A stretch of DNA of 64,000 bases. It comes from Chlorokybus atmophyticus. Taxonomy: Eukaryota > Plantae > Mesostigma and Chlorokybus algae. Positions 39,441 to 55,089 of this stretch are shown here, in pieces; the first letter of the stretch is position 1; the number at the start of each line of letters is the position of its first letter. The notes beneath the pieces were generated by a model. The model did no database searches. It was not told where the DNA came from and saw only the letters and a program-made list of their open reading frames with translations. The stretch is taken from positions 208,911 to 272,910 of the forward strand of contig RHPI01003369.1 of NCBI GenBank assembly GCA_009103225.1, read 5' to 3'. Position numbers and translations under genes: made by a program.

Positions 39441-39919
39441 CGTCAGCAACCACCCTGCGGCATGCGCCCCTCCTCCTGCTCCAGATCCACCTCCTTGCCC
39501 TCTTGCTCTCAACAAACAATACAATTGCAGTCAATGCCCTTGTTACACTGCATGCAAAAGTTGGTTACACGCTTGACAGCCCCCTCAGCACCATAGCGCC
39601 CCCGACGACGACGACGACGACGTCCCCGCCGCCGCTGCCACTAACCCTAATTCTTATCCTCAAGCACGCAGGATGTTCACATTTTCTGTCTGTTCGCATG
39701 TTTGAATGTTTCAGAGCGCGAAACTTTTGCTGCGAGCGCGGCTGCTTCGTGATCCGAGATCACTGATCCCCATAAGACGGATCACGGAAACGCCTCGTTG
39801 CTGATCAGCGCGATCACTGAGCATGGTGATGACACTGTAGCGGCGGCGAGGAGGAGGAGGAGAAGGAGGAGGAGGAGGAGGAGGGCAAGGAGCAGGAGGT
39901 CTTGGTGAGGGAGGCAGGC

Positions 39920-41700
<1,781 letters not shown>

Positions 41701-41866
41701 TGCAAAGTGTTGTGGCTTATTCCTTGGTGTTTGTATGCTGTACTTGCCATTGCACTTCACCCGTAAGCAATCCAGCTTGGCTGTTGCAACTGATGGTCTG
41801 GTCCATATGTGTGCACATAAACGCTTGCATCTGCCCTATTGGAAAGCCTACACCCCGCACATATGG

Positions 41867-41968
41867 AATATACGCAGTGCATAATTATGTGCGTGCACAA
41901 TTATGCACTGCGTATATTACGGGCACGTAGAGCATAATTGTGCGTGCACAATTATGCTCTACGTGCCC
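41867..41968. repeat. Two adjacent palindromes sharing one core
   Basis: 41867-41918 has 20-bp outer arms and 41921-41968 has perfect 23-bp arms. Both are built on GCATAATT(AT)GTGC-GT-GCACAATTATGC. Confidence 0.92.
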
Positions 41969-42564
41969 TTGATTATAAAATTCTCGACGTTCAATGGCAG
42001 TCCAAACTCTGTGCTCTTCCAAGCGAATACAGCCAGACACGCATGCACACTAGGTTTGTATAGATAGCCCGGTGGTAATCATGATGTTGTTGGTGAGTAT
42101 GTGGTTTGTCGATGGCTGGTGCATGTGTCGTGTGTGTAGTGTTGGTCACATGCACAGCATTGCATATGTTCTACACTCAAACTCATGCTTGTGCCCATGC
42201 GATTGCTGAGACTGCATCTTTATGTCAAACAATCACGGTGTAGTGTAAGAAAGCAAGTTGAGCACACGACAGTTATAATCAGCTGACATCCCGTCACAAT
42301 TGTCATCTGGCCACAACCAAAAGCCATGTGCTGCTATGAATGAAACCTTATGTACACAACCCCAACATGGAGTGCGCTAGTAGTATACAAGTCCCTAGTA
42401 GCAATAACCCGTCTACATCCACCACTCCACTGTTCAACATCACTAAACTGCACCACCCTTCAGACCCCAAACCCACTAAGTCGACACAAAGAAATCAGAT
42501 CAAAAAGAATGACGTGCAGTGCACACCTTCAAGGCACATGATGTTGACGGTGCCCACCCAACAT

Positions 42565-45500
42565 TCATCCTGGCAACGCGGCGTGTCCCTCCAACCCGAC
42601 GGACACATGATTGTCAGGTACCGCGGTGTCAAGAGCCTCCCTTATGGTTGCACATGGGATCACCTCGATGCCTAAATCCCTGGTCGGCTGTACGCCCGCT
42701 TGCGGCACGATGCAGCGCGCAAAGCCCAGCTTCGCGGCCTCCAACAAACGCCTCTCTAAGTTCGCAACAGGCCTAAGCTCCCCACCCAAACCAACCTGTC
42801 ACAACCAACAAGAGTTTTCTGGGCTTGTCTGCAATGTTATCCTATCTTGTCTACAGTTACCAAAATGTTTTTTGGTAACTGTAGACAAGATAGGATCTCG
42901 CAGTGTAAGACTAGATAGGTACCAAAATCGCTGAGTAGTTGTACATATACACCACCGCGTAACACAGAAAAACCTGATAAAGATACACAGGAAGAGAAGT
43001 ACACTCACTGTTATCAAACACTTGATGGTCATGTGCTCAACCCACCTCGCCAACAAAGGCCATGTCGTGCGGCACGGGCACGTCTCGAAGGCTGCTCGCC
43101 ACAGCGACGACCAGCGCCAAGTCTGTCGCTGGTTCAGTCAGCTTCATGCCCGCCACAACATTGACGTACACATCCTGTTGGGATATCAGTGATAAGTGGC
43201 AGACTGACTACTCTAATAGAAGGTCAGTCAAGGTGGGCGTCACCTGTCCGGCCATGTTCACCCTGGCACACTTGCTCAGCACAGCCAGCAGCAGGTGCAA
43301 CCTGTTCCCGTCCACGCCTGTGGCAGTTCGTCGCGGGTGTTGCGAGCTCGCACAAAGCGCCTGCAGGCGTACGTCTTGCGACATCAGCGTATGCAGAAAA
43401 GCAATGCTGGGGTAAACAAACTGAGAGCGGCGCAAGAGGTTGCAAGCACTATTGACATTGCCGTGACAATATATACACGAAGAATGATTGAACTATTGTT
43501 GGTACATTACCTGGACTTCTAGCAGAAACGGGCGCGTGCCATTCATTGTGATGGCGACCGCTGATGCAGCCGGGCTCATGCCGAGCTGGGAGCGCTCGGA
43601 GAGAAACAGTTCACTTGGATTTGCCACTTCCACCAAACCTTGCTGACACATGTTGAACACTCCAACCTGCCATACCAGCTGAGACTTCGACATGTACTCT
43701 TCAAGCCAAGCCGTCACTTGAATAAGACTTTGACCAATGGGAATGTGACTTGCCACGCAATGCAACGACAAGCTTTCCTCGCATTGCTTGCAAGCAGCTG
43801 ACACAGATAAGATACCTTTGATGAGGAGCCTTACCTCATCCGTGGCGCCATATCGATTTTTAACAGCCCGTAGAAGCCTGTGGGACTTCCCATCTTCACC
43901 CTCCATGTACAAGACAACATCCACTATGTGCTCCAATACCCGTGGACCAGCAATGTCGCCAGTCTTCGTGACATGTCCAATCTGCGAGGGATACATGAGT
44001 GTGCTGGGGCGCAGTCTGATTGTCCAAAGGTTGACCACATGACGCTATAGTGCGACTTACCAGGAAAATAGGGGGACCTTGGCGCTTAGCTGCATGCAGC
44101 AGGGCGGTAGCGCACTCCCGCACTTGACTCACACTGCCAGCACTGCCCGTGACCTGCAAACGAAAGCGCTTCTGCGCACGGGAGCCAATGCACAAAACGT
44201 ATCAGCTGCATAAAGTCTTGGCCGTGTTCCCACCTCATCAAGATAGACTGTTTGAATCGAGTCAATCACAACTGCGCGAGGCTGCATGCGTTGGATGGCC
44301 TCGAGGATGAGCTCCACGTTGGTTTCGCTGTACAAGTAGAGCGCTGGTTGCTAGCAGGAGAGCAAAACGAGTCAGTGCTGATCAAGTCAAACCAAGGCTA
44401 TGCCATTTTGGAGACCTACCTTGATTCCCATGCGCTCTGCCCGGCTTTTGACCTGTTCAACACTCTCTTCTCCAGACACATACAACACCGGACTGCTTTC
44501 CTCGCTCGCATCTGAAGCAAGCAAGGCTGCAACCTGCATGAGCTGCGTGAGCTGACTTAGTATGCTGAAAGGCAACGACCCACATCCTGCCATGCATGGC
44601 TCCCAATGTCGTGTTGCGCACAAGTATCACCTGCAGGAGAAGGGTTGACTTGCCTACTCCCGGGTCACCGCCAACAAGCAGTAAGGACCCTGCCATGACG
44701 ACCAGTAATTACACAGATGCGAACACAACGATTCATCACACTTCAACAGCTGATGTTGGCTCACCTGGAACAACACCTCCCCCTAGCACTCGTGACATCT
44801 CGTTACCGCCAAGTCCATTGCTGTCATGGAAAAGAGCACAATGATGCAGATGAGCTGCATAAACATGTTGCCGAAGTCAACAAAACAGTGTTGACGCATG
44901 TAACTGCACGCTACCTCGCAAGCAATAGCACTTACAGTTGCAATCGCCACGAGCCGTTGATGTCTGTATGGTTAATCTCATCCAGTCGCTGCGGCCCAGC
45001 CTGGTTGGTGTCCACCCATGTGGAGCGCCTGCTGCTGCCATTGATGCTGCCTATGTCATCGAATGACGCGCTTGAGCCAGGTCTGTGCAACAATCGTGCG
45101 GAGGCTCTTGTAGCTGCACCACCACCTCCAGTTGAAGATGGAGGCGGAGCCTCGTACCTCTCCTCCATTGTGTTGAAAGAGTTGCAACTTGGACATCTTC
45201 CATACCACTACAGTTGCCGCAATGTTGCGATCAGTGTTGCACAACCAACAAACATGATCAGGTCAGTATTGTAACATGAGTACCTGTGATTTTATGGTGT
45301 TGCATTCTTTGCATATGAAAGTGACGCGGCCCTTCTTCTTGCTGCTGAGACTGCTGTTGTATCGCACAAAACTGCCACCTAAAATAGACAGGTAGGAAGT
45401 TGTGGCAACATTACAGTATACAAAACGCAGAGGACATGCGGTTTGACTTCACATACTTGTGGATCTGTAGCCGTTCAACTCGGCAACGACCGGTGTGGTG

Positions 45501-46292
45501 TGAGGGCCAAAGCCTTGACGTGAGCGTGCATGAGTGGTCGTGGATGCTGCGCTTAGAAGCGCAGTTTCGTTTTCGCTTGCCTGTTGCGACCAACAAAACG
45601 GCTCTGGTCACTTGCCAATGAGCACTTTGCAAAAAAGCATGCAGCAAGGCATGCAACAGCAACACTGCATGCAACACTGAACAACGCTTGTGCCTGCCAA
45701 GGGAGGCTACAGGAAAGAGTGCACGCGACCACAAACTAGTGTACAACAAGGGCTGAAGTGTGCACACCTTCTCCCAGTTGGCATTACTGTGAACCTCATA
45801 CTGCAGCTGATTGCAATGCTGCAGCTAATCCTAGCGCTCTGTGCTGCTTACCATCCTTCCTATGACTTATAAAAGTCGAACTCGGCATCACTTATTCAAC
45901 ACGACAAGCATTTGTCCAAGACGTGAGAAATACAACCCACGCACTGTACTGCAGCACAGGCCCAGCGCAACCAAAACACCTGCACAGTAGTGCTATGTAC
46001 ATACTTGCTTTATGCTTACCCCACATGCTGCAACAGCTTGATCAACAGCATTGGCACCCAAACAGTTCAATTCAAGCAGGCGTCACCTTTGTACGTTCCC
46101 TCAAACGACTACCTTCTGAGCAGCATAATACACATGACCTAAGTTAACAACTGAAAGCACAAGTTGTGAGGCGTGGTTTGTCGGCAGCGGCAAACTTGTT
46201 TCACATGTCAGCTCTCTCACCCTCTGTGCGAGGGACCAGCCCAGGCGGCGGCGGACGCAGCTGCTCCACAGCGACGACGACGCTCGTCTCAT
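42565..46292 (-). CDS. RADA: Organellar DNA repair protein RadA/Sms
   Basis: Zn finger [107 protein letters not shown] and EVGLGGELRPVANLERRLLEAAKLGF. The Arg/Ser-rich presequence MRRASSSLWSSCVRRRL gives an inferred start. Confidence 0.93.
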
Positions 46293-46657
46293 CCGCGAGG
46301 CAAAGGAGGGCGCTTGACTCTGTCCTCTGCTTCCCAAACCTACCACCAGCTCCACCTCCGCCGCCGCCGCCGTCCCATGGGCATACATAGCAAACCGCAA
46401 AGCCCGGCACACAGCTGTGTTTGTATGCGAGTGTCAGAGTCTGGCTCACCACTCGCGCCGACACATGCCCGTTTAACCGTCAATGAATGCAATGTGCGAC
46501 AAGAACACTAGCACGCTCATACACTGACAAGTGGTGTCGTCTCTGACGACGGTCGGCGTTGTGCATGAGCGTAGCAGCTTAGGCATTATAGGTTTCAGCT
46601 GTCAGCTTGTAGTGGGCAGCTGGGGTCGTTGTCGCCGTCGTCGTCGTTGGCGGCGTC

Positions 46658-49600
46658 ATGGCGGGGGTGTTGGCGCGGGCGGCTGCGGGTCGTAGCGGAG
46701 GGCTGCGGCGAGTCTGCGCTGGCGCTGTAAGCTGAAACACGGCTTGGTGTCGCATAGCATGCTGGCTAGCTGCTCGGTTGTTTGGCGTTCACTTTCACCT
46801 CTTTCACACGTTGCTCTTGTCAGCCGTCTGTCTCCAGCTTCCATATTAGTGTGTGCTTGCGCTTGTCTTTCCCTTGCATGCTTTCCGTGTGCATGGTGTG
46901 CGTTGGGTGCATGCAGCGCCTTTTGCTTGGAGGTTGCAGTTCGCATGCGCAGGTTGTGAGCGTGTGAAGTGCAACATGCAAGAGCTTTGGAACGTTTCTG
47001 AGTAACCGGACGTCACATTGCATGCATGACAGCAGCTTGTTCTGCGCCATGACTTCCTTTGCATGGGCGGCACCTGACTGTTGCGTACCTGTGTCATACT
47101 TGTAGTGGCAAGCGTTGACAGAGGCTCAGACAACTACAGCACCGTTTGGTGTGAGGCACAAGAGTGATGCTACGGTGAGTTGAGTTCAGTGGGTATGAAC
47201 TTCCACAAGAGCGGGTGTTCCTTTGCATCTCACCTTTGCATTTCACATTGTTGGCGGCTTCCAAACATGGCGAAGCCACGCACAAAGCATTCATGTCAGA
47301 TGGGAACATGTCAATAAACCAACAACTCCGTGGCTGCAGGACCTGTATAGCAAACTAGAGGAGATCATACCAAAGGAACAGGTATGCGTTTTCGCCAATG
47401 CTCCTTCGTTCAATTGCTCTTGACTAATGTTGCGCTTGCATTACAGGAACGACTTGTGGATCTCAAAAAGACACATGGCCATAAAGTCCTAGGCAAGGTC
47501 ACAATCGAGCAGGCAAGTTGATGGTTATGCATACACAGCCTTCGACATCGTAGTTACAAAGTTGTCAGGTTGAGTGTGCACATCTGTGCAGGCGCATTGC
47601 TCTATCCACTTGGCTGATGGTGCCATACTACTTCTCAATGCAGGTCATTGGAGGCATGCGGGGTATCAAGGGACTACTATGGGAGCCTTCGCTGTTAGAT
47701 GAGGAAGAGGTCAGGTCACACAACCGCCAATAGACAGTCATTTATGACTGCCGTTTCTCAAGTTGCTCGTTGCCGGTTGGCATGCCTTTGGCTCTGCATC
47801 TGAGTATGTCTGCTTACTTCAACAGGGCATCCGGTTCAGAGGCTTCTCGATACCAGAGTGCCAGGTACGTAGCACTGGTTGTTTGATCGCAAGCTGTTAT
47901 GTGCTATGTGTTCGAGCTACAGTCATGCACGCAAGTTTCGGGCTCTAGGTTTCCTTGTTAACTACATGAAGAAGTGCATGCGGGTACATACATAAATGCA
48001 CGGCACACATCGAGTTGCTTGTACACATGCAGGCCCAGTTGCCAAGCGCAGTGCAGAACGGGGAGCCTATACCCGAAGGTCTGTTCTGGCTCCTAGTGAC
48101 TGGAGAAGTCCCCACCAAGGAACAGGCTGCGAGTGTTACCGCAGAGTTTCAGCGGCGCGCAGGGCTGCCGAGTAAGTGAAAAAGAGTTGTGGACGCTAAC
48201 AGACAATCGGCTGAAAGCTTTCTTTACTGCGATGGCTGACTTGATCGCTGCTAACAGGCTATGTCCATGACGTGCTGAATGCCCTGCCCGATGATGCGCA
48301 TCCAATGACTCAGCTGGTGACTGGCGTGATGGCCCTGCAAACCAAGTCCAAGTTTTCTGCCGCCTATGCCAAAGGCATGAACAAAAAGCTGTTCTGGCAG
48401 CCTGTGTACGAAGACAGCCTCGACCTCATTGCAAAGCTGCCAGGTTTGTTGTGTGGTAATCCAGTCATTTCCCGTGTCACGAGTCTTGCAGCACACGCTC
48501 ACAACACGTAACGCAAAAGGCATTGTGAGTGAAAGGTTAGTCTCATTGTTGTGCAGAGCTGGCTGCTACAATCTATCGCAAGACATTCAAGGGCGGCAAA
48601 TACATCTCCTCAGATCCGAACCTGGACTGGTCTGCAAACTATGCACACATGATGGGTTACGACTCTGAAGAGGTCAGTTTGCATCATCTTCGTGCTACGT
48701 GCTACAACGCAGCTCACTAACCAAACCTGCTAACATCCAAACCAAAGCACCATCATGCAGCTTGTAGATTGAACTACCAACTTGCTTCATGCTGTGCCGC
48801 GCATGATCCATGGACATCATGCAGGTCAAAGAGCTATTAAGACTTTACCTCACGATACACGCCGATCATGAAGGCGGCAATGTCTCAGCCCATGCAACCC
48901 ACTTGGTTGGCTCCGCGCTAGCAGATCCCTACTTGTCATATGCTGCTGGGATGAATGGCCTGGCTGGACCCCTGCACGGGCTGGCAAACCAGGAGGTACC
49001 TCAGTCAACAGCTTGATATCCCGTTTGTTTGTGTTCTAATCTGGAGTTGTGTCACTTCAGGTGTTGGGCTGGTTGAAGCAAATCAACTCACAACTCGGCT
49101 CTGATGTTAGTAAAGAGCAGCTGACCAACTTTATTGAAGACACACTCAAAGCGGGCAAGGTGGTGCCTGGTTATGGACATGCCGTGTTGCGAAAAACAGA
49201 CCCCAGGTGAGTTGTTACTCCCAATGATGCGTTGTGTGTTAATAATCTGAGCATGTTTGCCATGTGTTCGCTCATGAGTTGAATGATGTGTGCTTCAGGT
49301 ACACATGCCAGCGTGAGTTTGCCCTCAAGCATCTTCCTGAGGACCCGATGTTCCGCGTCGTGAGCCTCTTGTATGAAGTTGTCCCGGACATTCTTATTAA
49401 GACAGGAAAGGTCAAGAACCCATGGCCGAATGTTGATGCGCACTCTGGCGTTCTCCTTACGGTGAGTTACACCGCGCGCACGCACATGCATGCGTGCACA
49501 CACACACGCACGCGCTCTCTGTGCACACTAGTACAACGCTCAGCATCAGCAATATGTTTGTCTCACCAGACATCTACGTGATGCTGCCCCTTGCTTGCAG

Positions 49601-49768
49601 CATTATGGTATCACGGAGGAGCGCTACTACACCGTCATGTTTGGGGTTTCTCGGGCACTTGGCGTGCTCGCGCAGCTCATTTGGGATCGCGCGCTAGGCT
49701 TGCCGATTGAGCGCCCCAAGAGTCTCACGTCCGCGTGGCTACGGAAGCACGCGCAGCATACAGAGTGA
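46658..49768 (+). CDS. CS: Mitochondrial citrate synthase
   Basis: Presequence [18 protein letters not shown]; [103 protein letters not shown] and [10 protein letters not shown]. One GC-AG intron at 47513. Confidence 0.97.
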
Positions 49769-50561
49769 TTGCATAAACATATCAGCGTGTTGTAATTAAG
49801 CATTCGACTAGTCAACACTGAGTAGTTCTAGGTAAAAGTGTGCGTTATGCTGAGTTCTGCTCTGCCATGTGTGGTCATCAGCACTTGTCGTTATTGATCG
49901 GAGAGTGCATAACTTGGCATGCAGCAATATTGTCCGAGCATCTGCATTCAGCTTGATTAAGGTCTGCCAGATTGGCATGCAATGAATGTGTACAACATAT
50001 CGGATGCAGGGATTGTATCATGCATGAGCGTGTCATACACATGCATGTGCACAGTGTGCACTTAGTCACATAGTTAGAGAGTAACATGCGCAGGTTGTTG
50101 GGATACATGTCGACACTCTTGTGATCCGGGCCTGTATAGCACAGCCACATGCGAGTTGTTTCCATATGTGCCAAAGGGTTCTGCCGTTCAACTCTGTATA
50201 TACTGCAAATGTACCAGTTGCAGCGGGAAAGGGACATCCAGGTGTTGCAGTCTGCAACGTGGCCATTGCGAACCTGCAAGTCGAGCATTGGCTGTGACAC
50301 CGTGCATGTGACCATTACAGCGTACCATCTCCTGTACACCCCCGTTGAGCGGAGGCCTGCATGGAGCAGCCCTTCAGAACTACTGAATGCGCTTAATGAA
50401 ACCAACACGCAGCGTTCCGTTCTTACATCGAGGGCGCGGCTGCCTCCAACAACAGCAGTCTGCCAAATTGAACGTAAATTCTCGCCCGGCGGCGGCGGCG
50501 ATGCCTTTAGTAGCCGTGTGAGACGAGCATTTCACCCCATCACCCCATTCTCCACGTAGCA

Positions 50562-52955
50562 ATGACCAGTCTACAAGCAGCGGCGGTTGACTTGCCCACC
50601 TGTGGGCGGACGCAGGCGTCAAGCAGTAGCAGCAGCAGCAGCGGCGGCGGCGGCGGCGTTTGGAGGCATCCTCAGCAACATCTTCAGCAGAAGCGCAAAG
50701 GGCTTAGGGCTTGTAGCCATAAAAGCGTAGGGTTCCTTTGCACAGCTGCTTCTGCTGCTGCTGCTGCTTCTGCTGCTGCTGGTGCTGGTGCTGGTGCTTC
50801 CGTTCAGCCTAGCAATAAGCTGCTGCATGCACGCATAGCGCAGCGCGGCTCAACTTTGGTATGCGCAGCTAAGGGAAAACGACGAGGCGGGAAAGGTATG
50901 CACACACGCACACATGTATACACAAGCACACCAGAGCGCGAATACACGCGCATTGTGTCCAATTATCACCTTTCTAAGACATTGGCGCAACATATCTATA
51001 GGTTGTTGATCGCATTGTTTGAGTGGTCCTGGATGAGTGTTTGCCTGCTGACGTAGCTCATTTAATGGAATTGACGCATGTTACTAAGCCAGCATTAGTG
51101 CTGTTGGGCTGTGCCAGTCAGCTATTGATGCATGCTATAGCCTGCCTCGTTGCACAACATATGTGTATACAATGTAGTGACTGGTTCACACGGTTGCAAA
51201 CACCACAATCCTGTGACCACCCTCTGACCATATTAGTTCTTCAACACCAACAACAACATGAGTTGAAAAAGCACATACATGCTCCAGCAGGCAAGAAAGG
51301 AGGGCGACAGGGTGAGGAAGAGGGCCAGGAGACAGAGGAAGAAATCTATTCCATCGACTCAGGCTGGCTCATTGATCAAGACAGCGTGCTCCCTCCCAAC
51401 ATCAACACCAACAACACCAACAACAACGTCACCACCACCAACAACAACAACAACAACAGCAGCCTCTCGCTCAATGTGGCGCGGCTGCAGGAGCATTTCA
51501 ACAGCAAGCAGCGGGTTGTCACGGATGAGGAGGGGCATGAGGGAGATGAGGAGTGGGGTGATGGCGAGTGGGGTGATGAGGAGGATGAGGAGGATGGGGA
51601 TGAGAATGAGAATGGGGAGGATGGGCTCTCTGGTATCAGCATTCATATCTCAGAAGAGGTGCGGTTTCTTTTTGTTTTATTGTTTTTGAGTTGCTTTGTA
51701 TGCACACGTGCGACTTGCACGTCTGAATGCAAAGCAACTTACGTGTAAGCCCGTGTGCGTGCGTGTGCGTGCGTGTGGGTGGGTGTGCATGCGCCTAATT
51801 ATGTGTGTGCTCAGGCGCTGTGTGTAGATGTGCTTGTGCTTGTGCTTGTGTTTGTGTAAGTGTACGTGTTTGTGTGCTCATTTGCACGATTTGTGCGTGC
51901 TCGCGTTCTTGCGTGCACAATGCGCGTATGCACACTTGATCCTGCATCTCTTGGCGTGTTCACTCATGATCCTGTCTCTACGTTGATATCGTCACCCAAC
52001 CCAACACCTCTTTCCCCCTCTCCCTGACTTGCAGGCACTGAAGCAAATGGAGAAAGAGGCAGGCTTGACAGACATACTCAACGCCGCCGATGACGACTTC
52101 CTCGACGATGAGGAAGATGACGATGATGTCCACGAGGACGATTTGGACGACGCGGAGAAGGCCGAGCGCGCGCGCCAGTTCGTGGCGGCGAAGCTGACGC
52201 CACGGCTGCGGCGCAAGCTGGGCGGGGGAGTGGACGACGACGGTGGCGTGTTGGTGGGAGGAGATGTCATGGAGGCGGCGCCGACCAAGGCTAGACGCAC
52301 GCAGAAACTACTGCGGGTACGCTCCTCATGTGGGTGGGAGTGGTTGGGTGCATGGGTGAGAGTTGGAGTGTATGAGGATCTGTGTTGTGTGCAGAGTGGT
52401 GTCGTGCATGTTATTGTGGAACGGGAAGTTGGTATTGATTGTCATTGGCCACACGCGCAGATCATCGCGGGGTCGGCGGGCGGGACCAGGCTCCTCTCCC
52501 CGCAGGACCTGAACGTGCGGCCGATGATGGAGCTCGTGCGCGGGGCCGTCTTCAGCATGCTGCAGGTCACACAAGCAGTGTTGTTGTTGTTGTACTATTG
52601 TTGTTGTCCTCTTACCTACTTTTGTGCTGATACGGGTGTTTTGTTAATGGCAGTCTCTCTCAGGCCACTACGGCTCAATGATGCCGGAAGGCCGGTGGCT
52701 TGACCTCTACTCTGGCACGGGCGCTGTTGGGTTGGAAGCCTTGAGCAGGGGCTGCACTGAGGTAGAGCGTGCATGCATCACAGTGTTGATTATCGTGTGG
52801 TGTGGTGTTATTGTCTGGTCAGTGCGCAACGCAGTCGACTGAGGCACAGTGGGATATGTGATAGTTGTGCGTTGCCACGTATCTGCTCCACAAGTTGTTT
52901 GTATGTGTGTGCGCGCGCGTGCACGCAAGTGCATGCATGGGTGCGGGTGCGGGTG

Positions 52956-53000
<45 letters not shown>

Positions 53001-53632
53001 ATCCGTCTGCACATGTATTCTCTCCTCATACCAACACCTCATGACGCAATATCAGGCACACTTTGTGGAGCTGGACCGATGGGTGTTGACCAACGTGCTG
53101 TCGCCGAACGTGACCAGCGCCCATTTTGAGCAGTCTGTCACTCTGCACGCGCAGGCCGTTGAAACGTTCCTTGAGAAGGCCAAACTAATGCGTACGTCAT
53201 ACACACATACACATACACACATTCACACCACTACACTCTTGTCCGACCAGCCGCACAATGATGATTCATTACCAACATAACAACCCTTTGCAGCCAAGTT
53301 TGCGGGAGGACCCTTTGATTTCATCAGCGTGACTCCCCCGTATGAAGCCGTTGTATACTCGGAGCTTATGGCGCAGCTGGCCGAGTCGCCCCTTGTGCAC
53401 GAAGACACGTACATGGTGAGTTGTGGCTTACAAACTTATTGTACTACCGACACAACACCCTGCCTGTGTGTTCAAGTCCGTCATGTTGTCTCACGGTTCC
53501 ACCCGCCTTCAGATTGTGGAGTATCCGAGGCAGTCCCAACGTGAGCTTGGCGACGTGTGCGGGCCGCTGCATAAGTTGAGAGATAGAAAATACGGCAGGA
53601 CAAATATCGCTCTGTATGGGCCGCTCGACTGA
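50562..53632 (+). CDS. RSMD: Plastid 16S rRNA m2G966 methyltransferase RsmD-like, with a long acidic N-terminal extension
   Basis: IIAGSAGGTRLLSPQDLNVRPMMELVRGAVFSML, WLDLYSGTGAVGLEALSRG, AHFVELD, FDFISVTPPY, IVEYP and RKYGRTNIALY; transit-peptide-like first exon. Confidence 0.92.
52968..52999. repeat. (TG)n microsatellite in an RsmD intron
   Basis: Direct reading. Confidence 0.9.
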
Positions 53633-54044
53633 TACAATATGCAAGATTGATAGCGATAGCATGCATTGATGGCACATTCCACAGCGTGTAACCCATGAGC
53701 ATCTATGCAGCCGGGCAACTTGGGTTGTCCACCAAACCCACTGGCTGCAACAGCAGTCATTCACTGCAACTCAGGTCGACTTTGACCATGACACGAGTGA
53801 TGGCAATCACCCTGTGCTTGAATCTGACACACAACATTCTTCAGGAGTGCATTGACCGCCTAACCAATCTCCCGCACAACAGCGGCAACCAATGCGAATG
53901 AATTCCCAAACCAAAACTAACTAAAGCGAGCCTACCTACCCAGTCACACCCTCTAGCCCTCGCAACAACAAACACCAACAACATCGCTATGCACACTCCA
54001 ACACACCCCACTCACCATCAATGAACGATGTACTCACTCAACCG

Positions 54045-54306
54045 CTACCTCCTCCCGTTGCTTGTAGTCCCCCCCACCCTCTCCTCTATCTTCGCCAGCC
54101 TCTTCTCCATCTCCGCCATCTGTTTGAGGACAGCGAGGTGGTTGGCCCGCATCGTCTCGGCGATCTTGTGCAGCTGCGAGTCGGGCCAGGGGTCGTTGAC
54201 CACGACGCGCCAGCCGAACACGTGCTCCATCTGGAGAGCCGCCATCGCCTCCTTGAGAGCGGGGAGGTAGATCTCGTAGCCGAAACGGACGATGAGGCGA
54301 CGGAAC

Positions 54307-54376
<70 letters not shown>

Positions 54377-55089
54377 GTGAGTGCTAAAGGTCCTTTATTC
54401 GTGCTTGCTCGCGCGTGTGTGTTCTTGCGTGTGTTTGTGCTCACCTCGAGCATGACACGCAAGGGTGAGAGTGTGCAACGCGTTGTGCAAGAGCGTTTGC
54501 AAGTTGTGCTGATCATTAAATGCATGGTGTTGGCATAGGCGGACTTGGTGACAACAACTCATCAGTGTAATAGTTATGGTGAACAGTCGTGATCTGTCAA
54601 ACCAGACACGCATGCAACATGCGCACAGTTGCACGCAGCTGCTCGTACTGCATGTGCAACTGACAAATGCAGTGCTTGCGCATTTACATGTGCTACTCAG
54701 CACCTCCCACGCACCCATGCACGCATGCACTATTGCTCGCACACACACACACACACACCACTTAGATAAGCCCACCTGTCTTGGTGCAGCACCGCCAGCA
54801 CATTCTTGAAATGCTGCACGCTCGCCTCCCCGAGCCTATTCCCATCCAAATCAATGGCGCACGTGGTCTTGAGCACGATCTTGCTCCCGTGTATGAGTCT
54901 GAACAGCTGCTGCATGACGTGCGGCCCGATCCCATGGTTGGCCAGGTTCCAGCTGCGGACCTGATGGTCGTCAGAGGGTGCAGCCGCCAACATCTCAAAC
55001 TCCTCGAAAAGCTGCTCGGCGGTCAGGTGCATCACCTGACCGCCGGGCATGCGACGCACGGCCGCGTTCTCACGCAACTCCCCTGACAT
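54045..55089 (-). CDS. Unknown protein with RNI-like leucine-rich-repeat character and a C-terminal coiled coil; 5' end uncertain
   Basis: Exons 54776 to about 55089 and 54045-54306 splice in frame (QDR|FRRL). WNLANHGIG and IDLDGNRLG fit LxLxxNxl; LKQMAEMEKRLAKIEERV is heptad-like. Confidence 0.55.
54309..54372. repeat. (GA)n microsatellite, forming the (TC)n polypyrimidine tract of the minus-strand acceptor at 54307
   Basis: Direct reading; it abuts the CTCAG acceptor on the minus strand. Confidence 0.9.
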
